Source: a virus | Taxonomy: Duplodnaviria; Caudoviricetes | IMG/VR virus record: IMGVR_UViG_3300029305_003246 | Location: 32,001-96,000 of that record | DNA: 64,000 bases | Direction: 5' to 3' (one strand) | Shown: piece by piece, positions 36,640 through 47,300 of the stretch | Numbering within the stretch: position 1 is the stretch's first letter | Layout: every line of letters begins with the position of its first letter | Notes under the pieces: generated by a model | Seen by the model: only the letters and a program-made list of their open reading frames with translations | Database searches by the model: none | Told to the model about the DNA's origin: nothing | Program-made: the position numbers and the translations under genes

Positions 36640-38163
36640 ATGAGAGAGTTAGACGATAAATTATTCGAATATTTTAATCTTAATGAAAAGATGAAGGATA
36701 TTACTCCTAACAATCCAAGTCAACCTAATAGAAATACTCAAGTTGATGATAAAATACCCTTCATAGGTTCGGACTTAGAGCCTTCTCAAGTAATGGCTCT
36801 TATACAAAAGTTAAAAGATTTCTCCACAACTCGTAAGGACCTATATAACACATACATGTACATGATGAAGGATTCAATTATAGGTTCTGCAGTAGAAATG
36901 ATTGCCGAGGATGCAGTGCTAGTATCTGAAGTGACGGATATGTCATTTTGGATTACTTCTGAAAATAAAGAGTTTGAGGAATTTATCAACCATTGGCTAA
37001 AAGATATAATAGGTATAAATCAAGAAGCCTTTCGTTGGGCTTACCATTTAATAGTATTTGGTGAGGTATTCCTAGAAACTTTCGACGCACACGAGGACGC
37101 GAAGACGAAGTTAGTATTCCCAGGGAATTACTTTGGTATAGTTGAAAAGCCTTACCTTGTAAATGACCTAAAAATATATGGAAAGACTATAGGTTATCAT
37201 GTTATAAACGAAATTGACCATCAAGATAATAAAATATATAATACTAATGAATTCATTCACGTTATGAGAGATATGGGCGATTTTGAAGAATTCGTAACTG
37301 AATTTAAGGATAAAAAGAACGTCACAGTTCGAAGAGTTCTAAAGGCTCATTATGGACGTAGCCTACTATATAATGCAGTACAAATCTATAATATAATAGA
37401 CTTAATAGATACTTCGCTACTTTCACAATATATAAACAAAACTCAAATAACTAGATTAGTGAAGATAGAAGTTGGTTCTGCTAATAAGAAAGAAACTCAA
37501 AATATAGTATCTGAAATAAAACGTTCTTTCAAAATCTCTAGATTGGACTTAGATAAAGCATATAAAGAAGGTTCAAAATCTTCAACTATCTCTAATATCT
37601 ATATACCTATAAGAAATGGAAAGGCCGATACTAATATAGAAACAGTCGGTGGAGATAGTAATATCCAAGATATCTCAGGCCTAGATACTTACTTAAATAG
37701 ATTATTTAGTGCTTTAAGAGTACCGAAAGAGTTCTTAGGCCTTGGTGAAAATGGTGGATTCCTTGATGCATCTATGAAGAAAAAAGACCTTAGATATGCT
37801 CGTATGGTTACTAGAGTACAAGATTTAGTATGTAGAGTAATAAACGAAATGATTAAATTCAAAGTAGGCAAAACTGAATTTGCAGGAAAAGTGCCAGAGT
37901 ATACTATAGAATATACTCCTACTTCTACTATAGAAGAAATAGAAAACTTAGAAGAAATGAATCTACGATTAGGCATAGCGACTACATTATCTGATTTCTT
38001 AGGTAAAAATAAACATGTTAATCCAGACGAGTTTGCCGAATATATCGTAAATAAACTATTACAAATAGAAGGTTCTCACGACTTCTTTGATAAGACTAAG
38101 GAGTTCCAAAAGCCACCTACACCACCAGAGGAAGATACAGGTGGTGAACATAGTTACTATTAG
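36640..38163 (+). CDS. Portal protein (T4 gp20-like)
   Basis: M..DSII.SAVE.IAEDA, FGEVF, YGRSLL, KIEVG, YL..LFSALRVPKEFLG, D.RYAR.V.R.Q. Confidence 0.85.
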   Translation: MRELDDKLFEYFNLNEKMKDITPNNPSQPNRNTQVDDKIPFIGSDLEPSQVMALIQKLKDFSTTRKDLYNTYMYMMKDSIIGSAVEMIAEDAVLVSEVTDMSFWITSENKEFEEFINHWLKDIIGINQEAFRWAYHLIVFGEVFLETFDAHEDAKTKLVFPGNYFGIVEKPYLVNDLKIYGKTIGYHVINEIDHQDNKIYNTNEFIHVMRDMGDFEEFVTEFKDKKNVTVRRVLKAHYGRSLLYNAVQIYNIIDLIDTSLLSQYINKTQITRLVKIEVGSANKKETQNIVSEIKRSFKISRLDLDKAYKEGSKSSTISNIYIPIRNGKADTNIETVGGDSNIQDISGLDTYLNRLFSALRVPKEFLGLGENGGFLDASMKKKDLRYARMVTRVQDLVCRVINEMIKFKVGKTEFAGKVPEYTIEYTPTSTIEEIENLEEMNLRLGIATTLSDFLGKNKHVNPDEFAEYIVNKLLQIEGSHDFFDKTKEFQKPPTPPEEDTGGEHSYY

Positions 38164-38174
38164 GAGGTAATATT

Positions 38175-38567
38175 ATGAATAAGTACAACTTAAAAGAGGT
38201 ATTACAAGTTCTATATAAAGACCTAGAAAGTGATGAGTCTGAAATTGTCTTACAGGCTAATGAAATGATTGACCGAATATTATCTGAAAATTTCCAAGTC
38301 TCAGTTTTGGCTCTATTCCTATACGAGATAAGGAATAAAGATTGCATTAAAAACTTACGAAAATTATTAATAGGTCTAGAAGTTACCGATTTCGAGTTAG
38401 CGAAAGCCTTATCATCTCTAGTAACACACTTGATTATAGCTACGGAAAAGGATATAAGACGTTATCACGAATTAAGGATATCTGATGTAGTTCTTCTATT
38501 AAATGGCTTTATAACAGGAGAGATAGATAGACCAGAAATAATAGAATTTTTTCAAGATTTATTGTAA
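38175..38567 (+). CDS. Hypothetical protein
   Basis: RBS AGGAGG. Confidence 0.75.
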   Translation: MNKYNLKEVLQVLYKDLESDESEIVLQANEMIDRILSENFQVSVLALFLYEIRNKDCIKNLRKLLIGLEVTDFELAKALSSLVTHLIIATEKDIRRYHELRISDVVLLLNGFITGEIDRPEIIEFFQDLL

Positions 38568-38598
38568 ACATTTTCGCTACTTAAACGTATAATGAAAT

Positions 38599-38665
38599 TG
38601 ACAGTACCCTTCGAGCCTATACTTTAGCATACTAAAGCAAGCAGAATACTGAAGGGTCATCTTTT
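38599..38665 (+). ncRNA. Candidate small structured RNA between two promoter A copies
   Basis: acccttc/gaagggt enclosing ctttag/ctaaag; no ORF. Confidence 0.35.
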
Positions 38666-38777
38666 AAAATAAATTGAAAAAAATTAAAAAAGATGTAAAC
38701 TTTTCAAGAAAAAGTAATATAATAGAAGTATAAAGGTAATAAAAATAAAAATTAAAAATTCTAGGAGGTAAGCCCTT

Positions 38778-39194
38778 ATGAAAACTAATAAAGAAATGTA
38801 TAATGAATATAAAGAAGCTTTAAGAATGGTAGAAAGATATAGACATTGGGATTATATAGATAACTATAAAGATATGAAACGTGAAGAAAAATTATTCGAT
38901 AAATACTGTGGTATAGCTGAAGTATTAAGAGAAAAAATATTAAAACTTAAAAAATATGCTAAACTTACAGTTTATAAAGATTTTCCAGTTTACGATTTCG
39001 AAACGGGAGAATATACTGACGAAGTTAAAACTGAAGAAATGCAACTTTACGTTATAGGTAAGCAAGCTAAAGATGATATAGCATTATTCTTCTGTGGCAA
39101 CCACATATACACAGGCGAAGAAGTTAAAGAGTTAGGTTGGAGCACTAAAAGATTAAATGGGAAAATAGTATACGACGCAGTATATAATTGCTAA
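38778..39194 (+). CDS. Hypothetical protein
   Basis: Promoter A, RBS and terminator cassette. Confidence 0.75.
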   Translation: MKTNKEMYNEYKEALRMVERYRHWDYIDNYKDMKREEKLFDKYCGIAEVLREKILKLKKYAKLTVYKDFPVYDFETGEYTDEVKTEEMQLYVIGKQAKDDIALFFCGNHIYTGEEVKELGWSTKRLNGKIVYDAVYNC

Positions 39195-39400
39195 ATTAAA
39201 AGAAGGGTTCACACCCTTCTTTTTTATTTATTGACGAGTTCAACTCTGATGTTTTAGTCGTTAATAAGATTATAAAATAAAAGGAGTTGATTATATGTTA
39301 TTAAAAGCATCCTTAACTATTTTATTTATGATAATATTTCTTATAGCTATACTTGTTGACGCTAAGAAAAATATATAATTAAATATTAGGAGGAAGACTT

Positions 39401-40147
39401 ATGAATAATATAATATCCACTGTATTTGCGACTACCCAATGTCCGAGCGAAATAAAGGTCTTTGGAATATATCATCTTTCATTCTTCACCTTGAGTTTTG
39501 TTTTTACCTATTTAATGATTAAGTATAAATGGCAGAACGACCTAATCGAAAAGATAGCGACGTTGGTTACTTTGGGACTCCATATTCTCTTGTATATATG
39601 GTATCATTTTAGCCCAGAACACCTAATCCTAAAAGGATTACCGTTATACACTTGCAGGTTAGTCCTTTATTTGTATTTTATAGGTATTTTCTTTAAGAAG
39701 CAAGGATGTCTGAAACTTGCATCTTATTGGGGATTTTATGGTGGTATAGCAGGATTAATATTCCCAACGATATTCAAATATCCATTTCCTCATATACTAC
39801 AAATTTCAACTTTCATACTACATGTCTATATATTCACCCTTTCAGGAAATTATTTATTCATTAAAAAGATAGGAATGACGAAAGCCGATACTATCAACTG
39901 TTGCAAGTGGACGGTACTTCTATTAACTTTTAATACGATATTTAATATGATATTTGATACAAATTACACTTCTACATTTAAAATGCCAGCTCATTTAATA
40001 ACGTTAGGTATAGATGTCCCAGCAGCATTTTGTTATCTCGCAGTTACAAGTGGTTATATATTCATCACTTTTGTCCAATACTTCTATGTGAGTTATTATG
40101 AAAAAATCACTTCTGAAAGCGAGGCTATAAATTATGATTCCAACTAG
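39401..40147 (+). CDS. YwaF/TMEM164-family integral membrane protein
   Basis: Multiple TMs; FGIYH, LPLYTCRL, FP....YPFPH, H, TNY motifs. Confidence 0.7.
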   Translation: MNNIISTVFATTQCPSEIKVFGIYHLSFFTLSFVFTYLMIKYKWQNDLIEKIATLVTLGLHILLYIWYHFSPEHLILKGLPLYTCRLVLYLYFIGIFFKKQGCLKLASYWGFYGGIAGLIFPTIFKYPFPHILQISTFILHVYIFTLSGNYLFIKKIGMTKADTINCCKWTVLLLTFNTIFNMIFDTNYTSTFKMPAHLITLGIDVPAAFCYLAVTSGYIFITFVQYFYVSYYEKITSESEAINYDSN

Positions 40148-40372
40148 TATTTTAATATCTTTAATAATCCTAATAATTATTTACTTTATAGGATTAGGAT
40201 TAGATTTATACTTATTATACTCTTATGCAAAAGATAAAAATTTCAAAGGTTTTTTCGGAGCTTTAATAGTTCTAATAGTATATATTTGTTTTGCATTAGG
40301 TTTATTATAGAAGGGTTCACACCCTTCTTTTTTACCGTTCAAAATATCAATAAAATATAAGGAGGTAGTAAT

Positions 40373-40570
40373 ATGACAGGAAGATGCAGTTGTTGTGGTA
40401 AACCAGATAGCAAGTTTGGTTATATAGGTACAAATGTTAGAAGATTTTATTGTAGCGAGGCATGTAGGGAGCAGTTATTACATGAATATTACGAGAATAA
40501 ACGCAAAGCCGATGAAGCATATTATAGTAATATTCCACAATATGATGACGATGATGGGTGGGGTTATTAA
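40373..40570 (+). CDS. Small Cys-rich (TRASH-like) protein
   Basis: CSCCGK...FYCSEAC. Confidence 0.6.
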   Translation: MTGRCSCCGKPDSKFGYIGTNVRRFYCSEACREQLLHEYYENKRKADEAYYSNIPQYDDDDGWGY

Positions 40571-41112
40571 TGAAGGATTTTATTCCCTTCCATACTATTA
40601 AGAAACTTTATGAAAAATCGTATAAAGAATTATACAAACTCTTTGATAAAGCTAGAATCCAACGTTCTTCTAAGTGCAAGGCAAGTTATGCAGGTATTAC
40701 AAAAACGGGCGACATTCTCTTCAGAGTTACTTCCCAATATACTAAGGGTAAATTATATACCGTAACAGTTAGACTCCTTGATTTGGAAGATGCTAAAAAA
40801 TTAATTATAGATGATAAGCCACTTAACACGACTCAAATTCTCCAATTGGCCTTGAGTGGTGATATAGAAATCCATTGCACTTGCCCAGACTTCAAGTATA
40901 GATTTTCATATCTAGCTTTTAATAATAAGTATGGATTTTTTAAGGAGACTAGATTTCCGAAAAAGCGAAACCCAGAGTTAAAAGGATGTGCATGTAAGCA
41001 TTGCTATTCAGCCTTGAAAGCTATGCCGATGTATTTTAAGAATATCCAGTCTGACCTTATGAAAAAGAAGATATTAATGAACCCTAAAACTAAAATTAAG
41101 CCTTTGAAGTAG
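40570..41112 (+). CDS. SWIM zinc-finger protein
   Basis: CTCPDF...CKHC. Confidence 0.75.
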   Translation: MKDFIPFHTIKKLYEKSYKELYKLFDKARIQRSSKCKASYAGITKTGDILFRVTSQYTKGKLYTVTVRLLDLEDAKKLIIDDKPLNTTQILQLALSGDIEIHCTCPDFKYRFSYLAFNNKYGFFKETRFPKKRNPELKGCACKHCYSALKAMPMYFKNIQSDLMKKKILMNPKTKIKPLK

Positions 41113-41203
41113 GATATTAATCCTACTTTTTTATTTTGAAACTCTTATATTATAGGTGACTTACACTCGAGTTATTCTATGTAGAAAGGGGTGATAGTTA
41201 GCC

Positions 41204-41929
41204 TTGAGTAATTTCGGAAAAGGAATTCCCTTATCTATAGGATTTGACCTTGGTGCTAAAATTCCTATAGATTCAAGAACTGTTGTTGATTCTATTATAG
41301 ATAGAGATTTGCTTGTTACTAGAAATCTAGCATACGAAGGTCTTACAGTATACGTTAAGGATATCAAGAAAGAGTTTCGTTACGATGGCACGAATTGGAT
41401 AGCACTTGACGATTACTACTCTAAAAGCGAGATAGATAACAAGTTAAATGATGCAGTTATTGGTAATGTCAATTTAACAAACTATTACACACGAGGTGAA
41501 GTCGATTCTAAATTAGCCGATATTGACGATTGTTTTTATGTAGGTGATGACGAGCCTATAGACGATAAGATTTGGTTCTCCAGCTCTACTCCATCTTCAA
41601 GTCCACCTACTTATGATGACCCGATAATATCCGAACTTTTTTCATGCATTCAGTCTTTACAAAATCAAATTAAGTCTTTACAAGCCGAAGTCGAATATCT
41701 GAAGATTCATGGTGGTGGAGGTTCTACTCCAGACAAGCCAGATATTGGTGACGATGTGAGCTATTATGCTTTATTACTTGAGGATGGAAGTCCACTTATG
41801 CTTGAAGACGGTGGATTACTATTACTTGAAAATGATTCTTCAAATATTGTCATCGAGGATGCTCTACTTCTAGAAAATAATGAACTTTTATTAATCGATG
41901 ATAATACTTATCTTAAAATAGAAAAATAA
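41204..41929 (+). CDS. Tail fibre-associated protein
   Basis: N-terminus paralogous to 57189..58337; YYSKSEID repeats; LLLEDG repeats. Confidence 0.6.
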   Translation: MSNFGKGIPLSIGFDLGAKIPIDSRTVVDSIIDRDLLVTRNLAYEGLTVYVKDIKKEFRYDGTNWIALDDYYSKSEIDNKLNDAVIGNVNLTNYYTRGEVDSKLADIDDCFYVGDDEPIDDKIWFSSSTPSSSPPTYDDPIISELFSCIQSLQNQIKSLQAEVEYLKIHGGGGSTPDKPDIGDDVSYYALLLEDGSPLMLEDGGLLLLENDSSNIVIEDALLLENNELLLIDDNTYLKIEK

Positions 41930-41940
41930 GGAGGTACAAA

Positions 41941-44316
41941 ATGGCAGATATAACAGGAAAACGTATTGACCAATTAACTCAAACAACTATCTTATCTGAA
42001 GATGGATTAATACCAGTTATGATAGATGGTCAAACGAAAGCAGTTAAGGTTAAAAACTTAAAAGGAGCCGATAATTTAACTGAAGGGCATATCGACCTTA
42101 TAGGTGATGACGGAAAAGAATATAGATTGAAAGTTGTTAATGGGCAACTTGTTGCATTCCCAATAGAAGCTTTTACTTCCGAAGATGCTCAAGTTGAATC
42201 TTTGAATCCAACTTCTTTTACGGGCTTAATAATCAACCAAATGTATGGTGGAGGTGACGCTATAGAGGGGACTCCAGTATCTCATGGTTTTATTGAGCTA
42301 TATAACTTCACGAAAAAAGATATTAACCTAAAAGGAATATATCTATGGTATAGAGCATTATCAGGGTCTTGGCAATCTTTAGCTTTAGAAGGAATAATAC
42401 CTTCTAGACATTCTTTCCTAATAAGATGCTCACAACATTCTGAACTTTATGCAAATACAGTTCGTTGCAATATAGTTAATTACGATATGAGTTGGGATAT
42501 AAAATTATCTGATAAAGGATTTAGTTGTTATTTAAGTATAGGAAATGAAACTCCTATAGATAACCCAGTAAGAAATACTAAGGACGCCGAAGGAAAAATA
42601 ACTTCTGTAAATGGAGCTTATATAGACCTACTTGGTGCAGGTGGTTCTGAAGGTGAAGGAATTTGGGCATACGAAACTAGATTCTTAAAATGTATGAATA
42701 AAAATACAGGAGTTAGAAGAATTGACTTTAACAATAGCGATACTGACCAAGTAACAGCTATGGGATTAGGTTCTAATGGTTCTACAAAAGGATTTAACGA
42801 TATTGACTGTGAACCTATAAATTTCAAAACTTGTAATATTGAATTCTATAGACCTAGATGTCTTAAAGACGGAAGATGGACTGAATATATAGATAAACCT
42901 AAACAAAAGGAAACTATTCCTTCTATGATTAACGTTATGTATGGGGAAGATGGAGAACATACTAGAACTTTTACTTTCCAAACACCTCTTACTGATAATG
43001 GTTTCGTTAAAATAAGAAAAGATGGCGAAAACAAGTGGGAAAGTTTTGAAACAAGTATCGAATTATTTAGTAATGTTGACGGCGACGTATCTGTTCATAG
43101 ATGTATTATCCACGATTTAGAAGTTGGATTCTATGAATATCAAGTAGGTTGCGAAGGTTGTACTTCCGATACTTATACTTTCGAAATAAAAGAATTTAAT
43201 GAAGAAAATTCTATGAGAATACTTTGGACTACAGACCAACAAGCTTGGTCAAAACGTGAGTATGATGTATGGCAAATGTGTGCAAGATTCCTAAATAATA
43301 AGCAACAAAATCTTGAGGTTCCATTCGATTTCCATCTAAACACTGGGGATATATCTCAAAATGCAAATAGACGTTTCGAATGGTCTTACTACTACGATTA
43401 TGCAAAAGATATAACAAGAAATATACCTCATGTAATTACTTGTGGTAATAATGACTTAATAGATAAAAAATTCTCCGATGCATTTAACTACTATATAACA
43501 GCTGAAAATCAATTTGCGAATTCTGTATATGCTTTCGATTTAGGATTTGTGCATTTCGTATCATTAAACTCAAATACTGACTCTACTTATGTAGACGGAG
43601 TAGGTACTGTAGGTGGATATGCAAATACTGATGCATTCTTAGAGGCTCAAGCACAATGGTTAGACCAACATTTAACTGAAGTTGAGGCTAGGGAAGTGAA
43701 GCCAAGATGGGTTATAGTATTCGCTCATCTAGGACCTTTTACAGTTGGTAGAACTAAACGTTTACAAAGATGGATTGCACCGTTAGAAAAACATAAAGTA
43801 GATATGTTTTTATGTGGCCATAACCATGCTTGGTCAGTATCTAAACCTTTATACACTGGATTCGATTGGAATGGCTCAAATGCTTACAACGATTATGTAA
43901 CTACTGTATCAGGAAGTACTGATTTAAAAATAGTTAACGAATTCCAAGGCGATGGTGTAACTGAAATAAATAGAGCTGAGGATAAAGCAAATGGAACTTA
44001 CTACGTTCTAAACCAAGCTACAGGATTCAAGTTATCAGGTAAAGAAAAACCTTTAACTTTAACAGGAAAAGTTGATGAAAAACATATAAATGTTGATGGT
44101 TCTCCATGGTGGATATCTGCTCAAGGTTTACCTTCAAATCCAGTGTATATAGATTTACAAATATCTTATGATGAAATAGTTTGTAACTCTTATGAAATAA
44201 AAGGTATAAAAGGAGCAGACGAGTTTAAGAATGCGACTCTCAATACTGATTTATCTAAAGTATCTGATGAGTTATTCCATACTTTAACTATAAACTACAG
44301 CGATAGAAATAAGTAG
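41941..44316 (+). CDS. Lamin-tail/FN3/calcineurin-like metallophosphoesterase (purple acid phosphatase-like)
   Basis: IINQMYGGG..FIELYN (LTD); TTDQQ, NTGDISQ, CGNND, AH, CGHNH. Confidence 0.8.
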   Translation: MADITGKRIDQLTQTTILSEDGLIPVMIDGQTKAVKVKNLKGADNLTEGHIDLIGDDGKEYRLKVVNGQLVAFPIEAFTSEDAQVESLNPTSFTGLIINQMYGGGDAIEGTPVSHGFIELYNFTKKDINLKGIYLWYRALSGSWQSLALEGIIPSRHSFLIRCSQHSELYANTVRCNIVNYDMSWDIKLSDKGFSCYLSIGNETPIDNPVRNTKDAEGKITSVNGAYIDLLGAGGSEGEGIWAYETRFLKCMNKNTGVRRIDFNNSDTDQVTAMGLGSNGSTKGFNDIDCEPINFKTCNIEFYRPRCLKDGRWTEYIDKPKQKETIPSMINVMYGEDGEHTRTFTFQTPLTDNGFVKIRKDGENKWESFETSIELFSNVDGDVSVHRCIIHDLEVGFYEYQVGCEGCTSDTYTFEIKEFNEENSMRILWTTDQQAWSKREYDVWQMCARFLNNKQQNLEVPFDFHLNTGDISQNANRRFEWSYYYDYAKDITRNIPHVITCGNNDLIDKKFSDAFNYYITAENQFANSVYAFDLGFVHFVSLNSNTDSTYVDGVGTVGGYANTDAFLEAQAQWLDQHLTEVEAREVKPRWVIVFAHLGPFTVGRTKRLQRWIAPLEKHKVDMFLCGHNHAWSVSKPLYTGFDWNGSNAYNDYVTTVSGSTDLKIVNEFQGDGVTEINRAEDKANGTYYVLNQATGFKLSGKEKPLTLTGKVDEKHINVDGSPWWISAQGLPSNPVYIDLQISYDEIVCNSYEIKGIKGADEFKNATLNTDLSKVSDELFHTLTINYSDRNK

Positions 44317-44319
44317 GAG

Positions 44320-47300
44320 GTGATATTTGTGGGTGTTATTAGAAAGCGAAATCCAGAGACAGGCGAGTGGGAAGTTTATGGGTCATCTGATGCTAAAGAT
44401 ATTAATTTAGTCGATGTTGGCGATAACTTCAAAACTAAAAATGTCGAAGGTGCATTAAGAGAAATATCCACACAAATTAGCGAGGCCAAAGCCAGTTTAG
44501 AGGCCTATAATAATATATTAACCGAACATTCTACTGATATACAATGGTTGAAGTTATATGGAGGAAGTGGTGGGGGTTCATCTCCCACTATCACTTCTAC
44601 TTTCAAAGATTGTATAGTTAGTAGGGAAGAAGATGTTAAAATACCGATATTTTTTAGTTCTCCCAACCTTGGTGAAGGGACTGCTTATGTATTAATAGAC
44701 AATGTCGAAGTAATGTCCGTAACAGGAATAAAGCAAGGAAATAATACTATTAATATAGGTAAATTAACGAACTTAAATAATGAAATATCCATCTATGTTA
44801 AGGATAGAACTAATGCATTATCAAACCAATTAACTTGGAATGTTATTGCAGGAGGTATCGACCTGGAAGTTACTTTCGACGATACATCCGATTATTTTAT
44901 TACTGATATAATAGCTATGCAATTTAATATATCTAGTGCAAGTGACGAACCTATACTAATGCACTTAACAGTGGATTATGATACTTATGAAGTAGTATGC
45001 AACCAAGGATTTAATGAGTATATATTCGAAAATCTTGGAGTGGGTATTCATAAAATATCCTTCTATTTCACGAGTGGACCTTACTCAACTTCGGTCACAA
45101 ACTATAATATCATAGTTGTAAGTTCTAATTCCTTATATATCTCATCTACGTTCATAAACGGAACAGCTTTCAAATATGGTATACCAGTTCCAGTACAGTA
45201 TCGTATATCTAAAAACTCATCTGAAGTTTTTACTGTTAATATGTTTATTGATGGAACTTTATCTAAAACAGTCGAGTGTACTCCAGGAACTTACTATTGG
45301 ACAATAAACAATTTAGAAGTCGGTACTCACGATTTAACGATTGAAGTTAGTGGTGCGAATGACGAAACTCAAGTATTAGATTTTTCAGTAGTCATTGAAG
45401 TATCTGATTATATTCCTCTAAAAGTTGAAACAGGAGGACTACTTTATAGATTATCTGCTAAAGGAAGAACGAACCAAGATAGTGATAGAGAATTACCTAT
45501 AGATAATAGTGGAAATAATGTTATAACTACTTTACACAATTTTAACTTCTATACTAACGGATGGATTGATGACGAATTAGTTTGCGATGGAAATGCTTAT
45601 GTAGAAATTGATTTAAAACCTTGGGAAAATAATGCCTTATACGGTTCTACAATAGAAGTACAATTTACAGGCCTTGATATAGGACTTAGTGATGCAAGAA
45701 TATTTGACTATACTGATGTTGATGACCCATACAAAGGTATCTTTATAGACCTTGAAAATTCTAAGATGAAATCTTTAGCTAATACAGGTGAAATTACTTT
45801 AGATAAAGACGAAGAAACGACTCTGACTTTCGTTATAGATAGAGCTAATAAATTTGGTAAAATCTATATAGACGGTATTTGTTCAAGAGCTTTCAGCTTA
45901 TCTGATACGGGTTCAGGAACTAATGCAGTTAGGGAAGATTTTACTCATTCTCAAAAGATATACTTAAATAGTAAAAAAGGATTAAGCAATTTTGGTGCTT
46001 GTAAAATAAAAGATGTAAGAGTATATAATAGAGTATTATCTGATGATGAAATAGTTAAAAACTATATATCTCAAGTTTCGGATTTAGCTAAACAAGAAGA
46101 ATTATACAACTTTAACTTCCATAATACTTCCTTACCTACGATAAGAATGTATGGAGATATGACGAATATGACTCTAGAAACTCCAGTATCTATGAGGATA
46201 AAATATACTTCCCCTAACGAAGATAAATATGGTATGTCATTTGACCTTCCATTCTGTCAAGTCAATTGGCAAGGTACATCTTCATTACAATATGTATTAA
46301 AGAACTTTACAGCTAGACTAAAAGACGAAAGTCTTAACACATTCGAATACACTCCATATCCTAATGGTATACTAGAAGATGTTTATTGTTTCAAATGCGA
46401 CTATATGGAATCTACTCACTCAAGAAACGTTGGTATAGCTAAGTTCGTAAACGATTGTGTTTACGATACGAAGAATCCAATGCAAGTAAAAGACCCTAAT
46501 ATAAGAAATGCAGTAAACGGTTTCCCTTGTATACTATACATTAATGACGAATTACAGGGTATATACAACTTCAACTTAGACCGTTATTCAACGAAGTCTT
46601 TCGGTTATGTTGACGAAAACTCGACTTTAGTTTACGAAGTTTCGGCCAACTCCGATACTACAGCAGGTGCATTTTTCTCTTGGTCTGAGGGAAGTGGGAA
46701 AACTGAATTAGATTATTACAAGTCCGACTTCGAGTGCTTATATCCCCCTACACGAGCAGCAGGAAACGATAATATGTCCGAACTTATAAGATTAATCCAA
46801 TGGGTTGATAATAGTTCTGACGAAGATTTTAAAGATAATTTTGGTAACTATTTTAATTTAGAATATGTATTAAGATACTATTTAACAGTTCTAGTATTTG
46901 GACTAGTCGATTCATTAGGTAAGAATATGAAATTAACAAGTTTCGATAGAGGACTAACTTGGATGCCACAAGTATACGACGCCGATACATCTATAGGTCT
47001 AGATAATACAGGTTTCCTAAAGTTCGACGCCGATATCGAAATGGGCGACCAAAATGTGTTCAATACTACGGGTTCAAGATTATGGCAAAGAGTTGTTTTT
47101 CTATTCCAAGCAGAATTACAAGAGCAATATGCTTTAATGAGACAAGATAGATTTACTGTAGATAATATAATGAAGTATCTATATGGAGAACAAATATCTC
47201 AAATACCAGCTACTTATTATAATAAAGATATGCAATCTAAATATTTGAACTTTGGTTCTTCTTATCTTTATGCATTACATGGTAGTGGCGAAAAGCACAT

